This document shows positions 18,211-27,761 of a stretch of 58,716 bases of DNA, piece by piece (the stretch's first letter is position 1; every line of letters begins with the position of its first letter). Under the pieces are notes generated by a model that saw only the letters and a list, made by a program, of their open reading frames with translations, was not told the DNA's origin and made no database searches. Source of the stretch: Eubacteriales bacterium (GTDB lineage Bacteria > Bacillota > Clostridia > Oscillospirales > CAG-382); assembly GCA_045643125.1 (NCBI GenBank), contig JAZUKE010000006.1, positions 1-58,716 on the forward strand, in the 5' to 3' direction. A program made the translations under genes and the position numbers.

Positions 18211-19473
18211 GTGGAATCCTCCCGTCTTGCCGCCGCAAGGACGGTACTCAGAATAACCAAAGATTCGGCGTATTCGTCGATAGAACTTTCAAACAATGCG
18301 TCGCGTTTTGACGGAAACGGAAGCGAAAAGGCGCTTTATGCGTCGATAGTGCGAACGGTCATCGAACGCAGAAAGACGCTCGATCACGTCATCGGTATGT
18401 TTGCGGCAAAAAAGCCCGATCCCACCGTGACGAGCCTGCTTTACGTCGGTATCGCGCAGATATTGTATCTGTCCCGCATACCCGATAACGCCGCCTGCGA
18501 CGAAACGGTAAAAGCCGCCAAAGCTCTCACCGACGCGAAACGTGCGGGCTTTGTCAACGGAGTGCTTCGCAACGTGTGCCGCAGCCGTGAAAAAGTCTGT
18601 GAAAGCATCGAAAAAGCGGGCGATGAAGTCCGTTATTCGATGGACAAAAGCATAATTGATATAATAAGAAAACAGTACGGCGAAAACGCCGATGAAATAC
18701 TCCGTTCTTCGTTCCGCAGACCGCTGATGTGCCTCAGAACGAATACGACGAAAACGACGTCAAGTGAACTTGCGGAAGAACTGACGGAAAAAGGCGTCAT
18801 CTGTGTTACGGACGGAAGCCGTATCACCGTTATGGACGGAGAAGAAAAAGTGATACCGCTGCTTGACGAAGGCAGGTTTTACGTTCAGGGTTATCCGTCG
18901 CAGTTTGCGGTAAGCCTTCTCGGAGCCGAAAAAGGGATGACCGTCATCGACGTCTGCGCCTGCCCCGGAGGCAAAACCGTCGGCGCCGCGATAGATATGG
19001 AAAACGACGGCAGAGTGATCGCGCTCGATATACACGAAAACAAGCTGTCTTTAATAAAAACGACTTCTTCAAAGCTCGGCATCGACATTATCGAAACGTC
19101 GGTGAACGATTCAAGAAAAGTGCGTGACGAATTTGTTTGCAAAGCCGACCGCGTGATCTGCGACGTTCCGTGTTCGTCGCTCGGCGTGCTTTCCTCAAAG
19201 CCGGAAATACGTTATAAAAACGCGGATGATCTTGATTCGCTGTACGAAACGCAGTACGCTATCCTCGCTTCTTCGGCTTCGTACCTCAAAGACGGCGGAA
19301 GAATGGTATATTCGACCTGCACGTTCAACGAAAAAGAAAATTCCGCACAAATACATAAATTTCTCAAAAACAACAAAAACTACTCTTTAATCGAAGAACA
19401 TCGCTTCATTCTCCGCGACGGCTGCTTCGACGGTTTTTACGCCGCTCTGATCGAAAGGAAAAACAATGATTGA
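18211..19473 (+). CDS. rsmB: 16S rRNA (cytosine967-C5)-methyltransferase
   Basis: NusB-like N-terminus, SAM site DVCACPGGKT, catalytic DVPCSSLG and TCT. GTG start after GGAAGGAG. Confidence 0.85.
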   Translation: MESSRLAAARTVLRITKDSAYSSIELSNNASRFDGNGSEKALYASIVRTVIERRKTLDHVIGMFAAKKPDPTVTSLLYVGIAQILYLSRIPDNAACDETVKAAKALTDAKRAGFVNGVLRNVCRSREKVCESIEKAGDEVRYSMDKSIIDIIRKQYGENADEILRSSFRRPLMCLRTNTTKTTSSELAEELTEKGVICVTDGSRITVMDGEEKVIPLLDEGRFYVQGYPSQFAVSLLGAEKGMTVIDVCACPGGKTVGAAIDMENDGRVIALDIHENKLSLIKTTSSKLGIDIIETSVNDSRKVRDEFVCKADRVICDVPCSSLGVLSSKPEIRYKNADDLDSLYETQYAILASSASYLKDGGRMVYSTCTFNEKENSAQIHKFLKNNKNYSLIEEHRFILRDGCFDGFYAALIERKNND

Positions 19474-20491
19474 AATAATGTCAAAAACCGAAGACGAGCT
19501 TGTGGAATACGTCACCTCGATAGGAGAAGCGGCATTCAGGGGACGTCAGCTTTTCGGCTGGCTGCAAAAAGGGATAGATTCCTTTGACGAGCTGAACAAT
19601 ATGCCCAAGTCATTCCGCGCAAAGCTCGAAGCCGACTGTCTGCTGACAACGCTCCGCATTGTAAGATGCCAGATATCCACCGACGGAACGCGGAAATATC
19701 TGTTTGAACTGTACGACGGCGAACGCATCGAAAGCGTGTTTATGAAATACAAACACGGCAACACGGTCTGCGTATCGACGCAGGCAGGCTGCCGTATGGG
19801 GTGCTCGTTCTGCGCTTCGACTTTGAACGGACTGAAGCGCAACCTTTACCCGTCGGAGATACTCCGTCAGATCATTTCGATACAGAAGGACACGGGAGAG
19901 CGCGTTTCCAACGTCGTTCTTATGGGAATGGGCGAGCCGCTCGACAATTACGACAACGTGATACGCTTTCTGCACCTGCTCAACGACGAAAAGGGGCTTA
20001 ACATCGGTTACCGTCACGTTTCGCTTTCGACCTGCGGACTTATCGAAAAAATGGAAAAACTCGCCGACGAGGGACTGCCGATAACGCTTTCGGTGTCGCT
20101 GCACGCGCCTAACGGCGAGATAAGAAAGAATATAATGCCCATCGCAAGGAAATACGCCTACGACGATCTGCTTGCGGAATGTAAAAAATACGAAGAAAAA
20201 ACCAAACGCCGCATATCGTTTGAATACGCGCTCATCTCCGGAGTGAACGACAGAGTGTGCGATGCCGAAAAACTCGGAAAAAGGCTTAAAGGAACGCTTT
20301 GCCACGTCAATCTTATTCCGTTAAACCAAACAGAACGAAAAGTTTACAAACGGAGCGAAAAAAACGCGATAGAATTGTTTACAAAAACGCTCGAAAGTTA
20401 TAAAATAACAGCAACGGTGCGGCGCAGTCTCGGCAGCGATATTTCAGCCGCCTGCGGACAGCTTAAAGCGGAGAGCGACAACATAGAATAA
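19466..20491 (+). CDS. rlmN: 23S rRNA/tRNA (adenine-C2)-methyltransferase, radical SAM
   Basis: CVSTQAGCRMGCSFCAS (CxxxCxxC), MGMGEPLDN. Confidence 0.9.
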   Translation: MIEIMSKTEDELVEYVTSIGEAAFRGRQLFGWLQKGIDSFDELNNMPKSFRAKLEADCLLTTLRIVRCQISTDGTRKYLFELYDGERIESVFMKYKHGNTVCVSTQAGCRMGCSFCASTLNGLKRNLYPSEILRQIISIQKDTGERVSNVVLMGMGEPLDNYDNVIRFLHLLNDEKGLNIGYRHVSLSTCGLIEKMEKLADEGLPITLSVSLHAPNGEIRKNIMPIARKYAYDDLLAECKKYEEKTKRRISFEYALISGVNDRVCDAEKLGKRLKGTLCHVNLIPLNQTERKVYKRSEKNAIELFTKTLESYKITATVRRSLGSDISAACGQLKAESDNIE

Positions 20492-20516
20492 AGTTCAGTA
20501 TAAAGGAAGTGACAGC

Positions 20517-21260
20517 ATGAGGTGCTTCGGCAAGACCGACAAAGGACTTAAACGAAAAACGAATCAGGACTTTTTCCGCATATATATGTGCAAGACCTAT
20601 ACGCTCGCAGTCGTATGCGACGGAATGGGCGGCGCCAAGGGCGGAAGCACGGCGAGCCGTACCGCTGCTGTCGAGTTTATGAAATCGGTCAGAAGCGCGC
20701 TTGCGCTTTCGGATATGAACCGCATAACGAGCGGTGATATCGAACGGATGCTCGTCAATTCGCTCAACAAGGCGAACGCCGCCGTTTACGAAAAAGCGGG
20801 AACGAGCGAAGCACTTGACGGTATGGGAACGACGCTTGTCGCTTTTGTATGCTGCCGCGGAAAAACGTTCGTGATAAACACCGGCGATTCAAGGCTCTAC
20901 GCCTTCCTGGACGGAAAAGCCACGCAGATAACCAAGGATCACTCGTTTGTGCAGTATCTCGTTGACAACGGAAAGATTACGGAGCAGGAAGCGGAGCATC
21001 ATCCGCAGAAGAACATAATCCTCAAAGTCATCGGTGTCAACGAAAGTGCCGAATGTGACGTATTCGCCGTGAACGATTACGATTATCTGCTGCTTTGCAG
21101 CGACGGACTTTCCAACCTCGTAACAAAAGACGAAATGGCAAACATAGTGACCGAGGAAATGGACGAAGAAACCAAAGTAAACATACTTATTGACCTTGCC
21201 AATGAAAGGGGCGGCGCGGACAATATAACCGCAGTCGTTTTTCGGAGGAATGATAATTGA
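20517..21260 (+). CDS. prpC: PP2C-type Ser/Thr phosphatase (Stp/PrpC)
   Basis: KGLKRKTNQD, VCDGMGG, DGMGTT, LLCSDGL, GGADNIT. Confidence 0.9.
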   Translation: MRCFGKTDKGLKRKTNQDFFRIYMCKTYTLAVVCDGMGGAKGGSTASRTAAVEFMKSVRSALALSDMNRITSGDIERMLVNSLNKANAAVYEKAGTSEALDGMGTTLVAFVCCRGKTFVINTGDSRLYAFLDGKATQITKDHSFVQYLVDNGKITEQEAEHHPQKNIILKVIGVNESAECDVFAVNDYDYLLLCSDGLSNLVTKDEMANIVTEEMDEETKVNILIDLANERGGADNITAVVFRRNDN

Positions 21261-24073
21261 TGGAAAAATATGAAGCTTTTATAGGAAAAATACTTGACGG
21301 AAGATACCGCATACTCGAACTTGTGGGGATCGGCGGAATGTCTATCGTCCTCAAAGCGGAAGACCTCGTTATGAACAGAGTCGTCGCCGTCAAGATATTG
21401 AACGAGCAGTACAACGGCGATGAACAGGCGGAAAAGCGTTTCATCAACGAGTCAAAAGCCGTAGCTATGCTTTCCAACAAAAATATAGTCGGCGTTTATG
21501 ACGTTGCGATCTTTCCGGATATCAAGTATATCGTTATGGAATATCTCGACGGCATCACGCTCCGCAGCTATATGGACAAAAAGAAAGCCCTCGGCTGGAA
21601 GGAGGCGTGCGCTTACACGCTTCAGATACTCCGCGCCCTTGAACACGCACACGGCAAAAACGTCATCCACCGCGATATCAAGCCGCAGAATATCATTCTT
21701 CTCAAAGACGGTGAAGTGAAGGTCACCGATTTCGGCATCGCCAAAACGCCGGATATGAGCGATGTCGCGGCAAACGACAACAAAGCGATAGGTACGGTGT
21801 ATTATATTTCGCCGGAACAGGCAAGCGGTAAGGAAACTACCTACGCTTCCGATATCTATTCCGTCGGCGTGCTTCTTTACGAGCAGGTCACGGGCGAGCT
21901 TCCGTTTACTGCGGAATCGCCGGTAACGATCGCAATGATGCAGATAAACGACACCCAGAAGGACGTAAGAAGCATCAACCCCGATATCCCTTACGGCGTT
22001 GCACAGATAATCAATAAAGCGATGGAAAAACAGCCCGAAAAACGCTTCAAGGACGCTCATTCGATGCTCAAAGCCGTCGATTACGTCGTAAAACATCCCG
22101 ACGTGGTTTTTCTTGACGAAGAACCCGCGACCGACGCTGAAAAATCCGTCACGGATAACGACGATTATGTAAACATCAACGATATCGCCACCGGTGAGAT
22201 AGGCGACTATATCGTAAAGGTCGGCGAGGAGAAAAAAGCCACGACCAAGGAAGAGAAAAAAGAAGCGAGAAAAGAAAAACGCAAAAAACGCAAAAAGGCG
22301 CAGAAAGAACGTCCGAGCCACTCGATCTTCCCCGTGATAACGGGTGTGTTCATCGCGTTCATCATCGTGGCGTTCGGGCTTGGCGCATACCTTGCGTATA
22401 AATGGCTCCCGACTCTGTTTGAAACCCCGGAAGTGGAATATTTTGACGTAAGAAACCTCAAAGACCTCGACTACACTCCCGAGCTCAGACGCGAACTTGA
22501 AGAAAGCGGATATATCATAGTCGGCATAAAGGAAGTATATCAGTCCGGCGTGCCGTTCAACAAGATAACTGCCCAGGATCCGGAACCCGGCAAAAAGCGT
22601 TTTGCCGACGGCAACTGCCGCATCACGCTGTCCGTAAACAAATATCCCGAAGACCTCACCGTTCCCGACGTCAAATATATGACGGTAACGGAAGCGGAAA
22701 AACTGCTCAAACAGTATAATCTCCGCGCCACCACGCAGGACATCACCGACGAATACGCTTACGACAAGCAGGTAGTGTATACCAACCCGAGCATAGGCGC
22801 AAGCGTCGAAGCGGGAACTACCGTAACGCTTTACGTCTGCCGCTCGAAGAATGTCGAAAGCGCAGCCACCACGCCGAACGTTGTCGGCAGAAAGATCGAC
22901 GAAGCAAGGCAGAAACTCGAAGAATCCTATTATGTGGTCGAAATCATATACGAGGATTCCGACAAGGAGCAGGATACGGTCATAGAACAGGATATCCCCG
23001 TCGGTACGCGCGGACTCAAAGCGTGGACAAAGATAACGCTCAAGGTCAGCAACTACGTCGCAAAGAAGACGGTGCGTAATTACTGCACTATGAACGTCGA
23101 AGACGCAAAAATGATAATCGAAGCCGACGGCTTCAAGGTCGGCAGCATAACTTATGAAAAATCGTTCCAGACGATAAACACCGTTATCCGTCAGAACGTC
23201 GCGCCGAATACCCAGGCAGTCCCTGGAACTGTCATCAACATCGTTGTAAGCGGCACGGGCACTTCGGTAACGTCTCCCGTTCCGGCTGTCGTAGGTCTTG
23301 ACTATCTCATCGCAAAGGATATGCTCATCACCGCAGGTTATACGGTCGAGACCGTTATGGTAACGGAAGAGGGAACTCCCGGCGTCGTACTCAAACAGTC
23401 GCTTTTCCCCGATACTTCGGGATATGAACTCGGTACCGTCATTACGCTTACCGTCAATATGAATTCCGATTACGTTATGATCTCCGACCTCTACGGCAAA
23501 ACGCTTGATCAGCTGTTTGCTTTCATCCATCAGAACAGCCTCACTCTCGGCAGCATCAGCTACGTCGAGGAGGGAATGGGCGAAGTCGGAACGATCATCG
23601 AACAGAGCCTTCAGGCGAACGACTACGTTCCCATCGGAACAAGGATAAACGTCACAGTCCTCGGCACGCAGATAGCGGCTTCCGGAGTCCCGAACGTCAT
23701 CGGAATGAAAGAAAGCGAAGCGCTCAAGCTTCTCCATTCCGGCTTGTATTCGACGACGGTTGTCTATGTCGAATCGTCGAAGCCCGACAGCACCGTGCTT
23801 GAACAAAGCCTGCTCGAAGGCATCAACGGTCTGCCCGCGGGCACTCCCATTACCATCAAGGTCAGCCGTCAGAAGACGAATTCGATAATGCCTGATCTTT
23901 CGGGCTGTACGCTCGACGAAGTAATGGACGAGCTTGAAAAAGCCAACCTCGTTCTTGAAGGCATCGACTATAAGGAATCCGACAAACCCTCCGATACCTG
24001 CATAGAACAGTCGGTAGAGCCGTTCAGCCTCGTTCCCGCAGGAACGGGTATCACGGTCGTATTTGCACAGTAA
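21260..24073 (+). CDS. prkC: Hanks-type Ser/Thr kinase with unusually long PASTA ectodomain
   Basis: Kinase motifs GIGGMSIVLKA, HRDIKPQN, DFGIA. TM helix at about aa 357-382, then 7-8 PASTA-like repeats of about 65 aa. ATG 21260 overlaps the prpC stop. Confidence 0.9.
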   Translation: MEKYEAFIGKILDGRYRILELVGIGGMSIVLKAEDLVMNRVVAVKILNEQYNGDEQAEKRFINESKAVAMLSNKNIVGVYDVAIFPDIKYIVMEYLDGITLRSYMDKKKALGWKEACAYTLQILRALEHAHGKNVIHRDIKPQNIILLKDGEVKVTDFGIAKTPDMSDVAANDNKAIGTVYYISPEQASGKETTYASDIYSVGVLLYEQVTGELPFTAESPVTIAMMQINDTQKDVRSINPDIPYGVAQIINKAMEKQPEKRFKDAHSMLKAVDYVVKHPDVVFLDEEPATDAEKSVTDNDDYVNINDIATGEIGDYIVKVGEEKKATTKEEKKEARKEKRKKRKKAQKERPSHSIFPVITGVFIAFIIVAFGLGAYLAYKWLPTLFETPEVEYFDVRNLKDLDYTPELRRELEESGYIIVGIKEVYQSGVPFNKITAQDPEPGKKRFADGNCRITLSVNKYPEDLTVPDVKYMTVTEAEKLLKQYNLRATTQDITDEYAYDKQVVYTNPSIGASVEAGTTVTLYVCRSKNVESAATTPNVVGRKIDEARQKLEESYYVVEIIYEDSDKEQDTVIEQDIPVGTRGLKAWTKITLKVSNYVAKKTVRNYCTMNVEDAKMIIEADGFKVGSITYEKSFQTINTVIRQNVAPNTQAVPGTVINIVVSGTGTSVTSPVPAVVGLDYLIAKDMLITAGYTVETVMVTEEGTPGVVLKQSLFPDTSGYELGTVITLTVNMNSDYVMISDLYGKTLDQLFAFIHQNSLTLGSISYVEEGMGEVGTIIEQSLQANDYVPIGTRINVTVLGTQIAASGVPNVIGMKESEALKLLHSGLYSTTVVYVESSKPDSTVLEQSLLEGINGLPAGTPITIKVSRQKTNSIMPDLSGCTLDEVMDELEKANLVLEGIDYKESDKPSDTCIEQSVEPFSLVPAGTGITVVFAQ

Positions 24074-24075
24074 TT

Positions 24076-24960
24076 ATGGAAAATTTGAAAAGCGGCAGAA
24101 TAATACTCAGCCGCAAAGGATTTTTCAACGTCGAGACCGAAAACGGCGTATGCGTCTGCAAAGCCGCGACAAGGCTCAGAAACGAAAACAAGGAGCCGCT
24201 TTGCGGCGATATGGCGGATTATGTTGATAACGGCGACGGCACGGGATTTATTGTCGCTCTTGGGGAAAGAAAAAACAGTTTTCCCCGTCCGTGCGTTGTC
24301 AACGCAGACGTGCTTGCCATAGTTATCGCCGCGACGGATCCCGAACCGGACTTGTTTTACGTTGACAAAATGACCTGTATCGGCGTCAAAAACAACGTCG
24401 AAACGATCATCGTGATAAACAAGACCGATCTCAACAAAAACGAAGAATATTCATCGCTTTACCGCAAATGCGGCTTTCGCGTTTTTACCGAAAGCATAGA
24501 AGCGGAAAGCGCGGTGGAGGAACTCAAAGAGTTTCTTTCCGGCAGGATAACCGTGTTCGCGGGACCTTCGGGTGTCGGGAAATCGACACTGCTCAACAGA
24601 CTTTATCCCGATTTCAAGGCAGAGACCGGCGAACTCAGCAAAAAAATTATGCGCGGCAGGAACACGACGCGGCACACCGAATTGTTCCCGACAGGGGACG
24701 GAGGCTATATCGCCGATACGCCGGGGTTCACGTCGATAGACTTTGAGAAAAACGATCTGCTCGAAATCGGCGAGCTTCCGTTCTGTTTCCCCGAAATGCA
24801 GCCGTTTCTTACCGGGTGCAGATTCAGAAAATGCGGGCACACAAAGGAGATCGGCTGCCGCATAATCGACGCCGTGAACGACGGCACGATCCCGGTCAGC
24901 CGTCACGACAGTTATGTAAAACTGTTCGGGATTCTTAAAAACAAACCATCTTATCACTAA
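24076..24960 (+). CDS. rsgA: Ribosome small-subunit-dependent GTPase A
   Basis: Circularly permuted GTPase: NKTDL precedes GPSGVGKSTLLN. C-terminal zinc knuckle CRFRKCGHTKEIGC. Confidence 0.9.
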   Translation: MENLKSGRIILSRKGFFNVETENGVCVCKAATRLRNENKEPLCGDMADYVDNGDGTGFIVALGERKNSFPRPCVVNADVLAIVIAATDPEPDLFYVDKMTCIGVKNNVETIIVINKTDLNKNEEYSSLYRKCGFRVFTESIEAESAVEELKEFLSGRITVFAGPSGVGKSTLLNRLYPDFKAETGELSKKIMRGRNTTRHTELFPTGDGGYIADTPGFTSIDFEKNDLLEIGELPFCFPEMQPFLTGCRFRKCGHTKEIGCRIIDAVNDGTIPVSRHDSYVKLFGILKNKPSYH

Positions 24961-24978
24961 GCGATTGGAGAGAGAATT

Positions 24979-25635
24979 ATGTTCATAGGATACTATAATC
25001 TGGCAAATTTCATCACATTGACGGGGCTTTCTTCCGCGGTCGGAGCAATATTTTTGGCGCGTTCCGGTTATTATAAGCTTGCGATAATGGCGATGCTGCT
25101 TGCCGGACTTACCGATATGTTCGACGGGCGCGTGGCGCGTCACGCCAACAGAGAAGACAAAAAAGCAAAGATGTTCGGTATCCAGATCGACACCGTATCC
25201 GATATGGTATCTTTCGGCGTCACTCCTGCCGTCATCGCTTACATACTCGGCTGCCGCTCCGCTCTTGACATAGTCATACTTATCTACTACGTTATATGCG
25301 GCGCGATCAGACTTGCGTATTTCAATACGCAGGCGATAACCGAGACCGAAGACCTCAATCTCAAGGTCTTCACCGGCGTTCCCATCCCGACTATCTGCTT
25401 CATCCTTCCCATACTCGTATGGCTGCTCACCTGCATTGACGGCTCCGTTATGTCATGGGTGTTCCGTGCGTCCTATCTTGTACTCGGAACGGCGTTCATA
25501 ATCAACAAAAAGATAAAGAAATTCGGACTTCTCACAAGCATAATCATCATCGTCGTTATGCTTGCCGTAGTTATCGGGCTTCTCGTTTCCGGCGATGTTG
25601 TCACCATCGGAAGCGCCGTCGGCACAATAGCCTGA
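24979..25635 (+). CDS. pssA: CDP-alcohol phosphatidyltransferase (phosphatidylserine synthase-like)
   Basis: DMFDGRVAR...GIQIDTVSD, i.e. D(x)2DG(x)2AR...G(x)3D(x)3D. Multi-pass membrane protein. Confidence 0.7.
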   Translation: MFIGYYNLANFITLTGLSSAVGAIFLARSGYYKLAIMAMLLAGLTDMFDGRVARHANREDKKAKMFGIQIDTVSDMVSFGVTPAVIAYILGCRSALDIVILIYYVICGAIRLAYFNTQAITETEDLNLKVFTGVPIPTICFILPILVWLLTCIDGSVMSWVFRASYLVLGTAFIINKKIKKFGLLTSIIIIVVMLAVVIGLLVSGDVVTIGSAVGTIA

Positions 25636-25659
25636 GATCAACTGATTTACGAGGTCATT

Positions 25660-26643
25660 ATGTCCCTTAAAAACAAGATCTGTATAGCAATAATATGCGT
25701 TCTGTGCGTTATACTTGCTTTCCTTATGGCAAAAGTTGTTTCGTCCGACGTGAACGTGGAACAGTCTGCCGAAAAAACGGCTTCAAAGGAAATATCCGTC
25801 GAAGCAGGCAGCGAAGAATCGGCCCCGGAAGAAAGCTCCGCCGACGATTCGTCGGAAGAGCCGTCAATGGATGCATCGGAGGAAGTTTCCGAAGAAAGCT
25901 CGGAAGAAGTTTCTGAAGAGATCTCGGAAGAAAGCTCGTCACAAGCACTTGACAACGGCAAAGAAAAGCCGAACTATATCAAAAAAGAAGAAGGCAAAAA
26001 ATATATAGCCTTCACGTTTGACGACGGCCCTTCGCCGCGTACTATGGAGCTTCTCGATTTCCTTGAAGAAAACGATATGAAAGCCACGTTTTTCGTGGTC
26101 GGCAACCGACTTGACGGAACTGCCGCGAAATATACCGAGGAAGTCAGGCGCGCATCGTCGCTCGGATATGAAATAGGCGTACACGCCTATACGCACGAAT
26201 ACTATTGGGACAGCTGTTCTGACACGATCTATACGCGTGAAATCGAAAAAACAGCCGAACTGATACACGAAAACGCAGGGTATTACCCCATAATTATGCG
26301 TCCTCCCGGAGGAAGCATCTCGCAGAAACGAGCCGACGAAAGCGAGTATAATATAATTATATGGAACGTCGATTCCGAAGACTGGAAGAATTCTTCGCGT
26401 TCGGACGACGCGACGATCGAAAAGAACATCAACACCATAGTGAGCAACATTATGGAAAACGCAAAGGACGGCGCGATAGTCCTTATGCACGACCTCTATA
26501 CGAATTCCGTCGAAGCCTTCAAGACAGCGTCTCTCCGTCTTAAAGAGCAGGGATATATATTCGTGACGGTCGCCGAGCTTGCCGACCTTAACGGCGATAC
26601 GACTATTGGAAAACGCTATTACAGCGAATATTTGATAAAGTGA
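25660..26643 (+). CDS. CE4 (NodB-type) polysaccharide deacetylase/esterase, signal-anchored, with acidic Ser/Glu linker
   Basis: N-terminal TM helix ICIAIICVLCVILAFLMA and an acidic linker of about 70 aa. All five NodB motifs are present: TFDDG (26011-26025), HAYTHEY, RPPGG, DSEDW, LMHD. Confidence 0.85.
   Translation: MSLKNKICIAIICVLCVILAFLMAKVVSSDVNVEQSAEKTASKEISVEAGSEESAPEESSADDSSEEPSMDASEEVSEESSEEVSEEISEESSSQALDNGKEKPNYIKKEEGKKYIAFTFDDGPSPRTMELLDFLEENDMKATFFVVGNRLDGTAAKYTEEVRRASSLGYEIGVHAYTHEYYWDSCSDTIYTREIEKTAELIHENAGYYPIIMRPPGGSISQKRADESEYNIIIWNVDSEDWKNSSRSDDATIEKNINTIVSNIMENAKDGAIVLMHDLYTNSVEAFKTASLRLKEQGYIFVTVAELADLNGDTTIGKRYYSEYLIK
25966..26643. repeat. Paralogous CE4 catalytic module, copy 1
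   Basis: Aligns by eye with 27059-27742 at both protein and DNA level. Long identical runs include gagtataatataattatatggaacgtcgattccga. Confidence 0.8.
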
Positions 26644-26650
26644 GTCACCA

Positions 26651-27742
26651 ATGAAACGTAAAATCTCTCTTATTCTTGCATCATTACTGATCCTTTCCTG
26701 CCTGTCTTCCTGCGGAAGCGAAAAGATAAACGAAAGCAGCGAGGAAGAATCTTTTACCGAAATAAGCGTTCCCGGACATTCCGAAGAAGAAACGAGCGAA
26801 GACATATCCGTTACGGATACGGAGCTTTCATCCGAGGAAGAAGAATCGTCCGAAGAGGAATCATCGGAAGAGGAATCATCCGAAGAGGAATCGTCCGAAG
26901 AGGAATCATCCGAGGAAGAATCGTCCGAAGAGGAATCGTCCGAGGAAGAATCGTCCGAGGAAGAATCGTACGAAGAAGAATCGTCCGAAGAGGAATCGTC
27001 TGAAGAGGAATCATCCGAAGAAACGTCAACCGATGACGATAAAGCAGCCAAAAAAGAAAAGCCCGCTGAAATCAAGAAAGAAGAAGGCAAAAAATACGTC
27101 GCTTTCACGTTCGACGACGGTCCCTCCATCAGAACGATGGGGCTGCTCGATTTCATCGAAGAAAACGATATGAAGGTGACCTTCTTCGTTGTCGGCAACA
27201 GGCTCGACGGCAAAGGCGACGCCGGCAAGTATGCCGCGGAAGTTAAGCGTGCGTCATCGCTCGGCTGCGAAATAGGCATCCACGCCTACACTCACGAATA
27301 TTATTGGTCAAGCTGCTCCGACGATATATACACGAGCGAGCTTCAGAAGACCGAAACTCTCATATATGAAAACGCAGGCTATTATCCGATAATTATGCGT
27401 CCTCCCGGAGGAAGCATTACCCAGCAGAGAGCCGACGAAAGCGAGTATAATATAATTATATGGAACGTCGATTCCGAGGACTGGAAAAATTCTTCGCGTG
27501 CAGACGACGCGACCATTGAAAAGAACATCAACACCATAGTGAACAACATTATGGACAACGTCAAAGACGGCTCGATCGTCCTTATGCACGATCTTTACGT
27601 CAACTCTGTGGAAGCGTTCAAGATAGCGTCCCTCAGACTCAAAGAAATGGGCTATGAATTCGTCACCGTCGGCGAGCTTGCCGGTCTTGACGGCGAGACT
27701 ACGATAGGCAAACGCTATTACAGCGAATATCTGATAAAGTAA
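26651..27742 (+). CDS. CE4 (NodB-type) polysaccharide deacetylase/esterase, lipoprotein, with (SSEEE)n linker
   Basis: Lipobox LSSCGS, then a perfect Ser/Glu repeat linker, then the same five NodB motifs. The catalytic module is a close paralogue of the upstream gene. Confidence 0.85.
   Translation: MKRKISLILASLLILSCLSSCGSEKINESSEEESFTEISVPGHSEEETSEDISVTDTELSSEEEESSEEESSEEESSEEESSEEESSEEESSEEESSEEESSEEESYEEESSEEESSEEESSEETSTDDDKAAKKEKPAEIKKEEGKKYVAFTFDDGPSIRTMGLLDFIEENDMKVTFFVVGNRLDGKGDAGKYAAEVKRASSLGCEIGIHAYTHEYYWSSCSDDIYTSELQKTETLIYENAGYYPIIMRPPGGSITQQRADESEYNIIIWNVDSEDWKNSSRADDATIEKNINTIVNNIMDNVKDGSIVLMHDLYVNSVEAFKIASLRLKEMGYEFVTVGELAGLDGETTIGKRYYSEYLIK
26831..27022. repeat. In-frame 15-nt tandem repeat, about 12 units of tccgaagaggaatcg, encoding (SEEES)n
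   Basis: Units read directly at 26849, 26864, 26879, ... 26999, with only synonymous or near-synonymous variation. Confidence 0.9.
27059..27742. repeat. Paralogous CE4 catalytic module, copy 2
   Basis: See copy 1. Both copies end in the identical IGKRYYSEYLIK. Confidence 0.8.
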
Positions 27743-27761
27743 TAATCGGAGAAGTATTGCA

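Noticed and set aside
21452-23806. 784-aa minus-strand ORF
   Set aside because: It lies antisense to prkC. It is low-complexity and R/F/V/D-rich, with no RBS or motif, and the sense strand has complete kinase and PASTA features.
26831-27022. Regular short repeats that could superficially resemble a CRISPR array
   Set aside because: The units are 15 nt, contiguous with no spacers, in frame inside a CDS and encode SEEES. No cas genes are present.
25939-27279. 446-aa minus-strand ORF spanning both CE4 genes (poly SSDD)
   Set aside because: It is an artefact of GAA/GAG/TCN-rich sense codons, which leave the reverse frame free of stops. It even crosses the intergenic gap between two well-supported genes.
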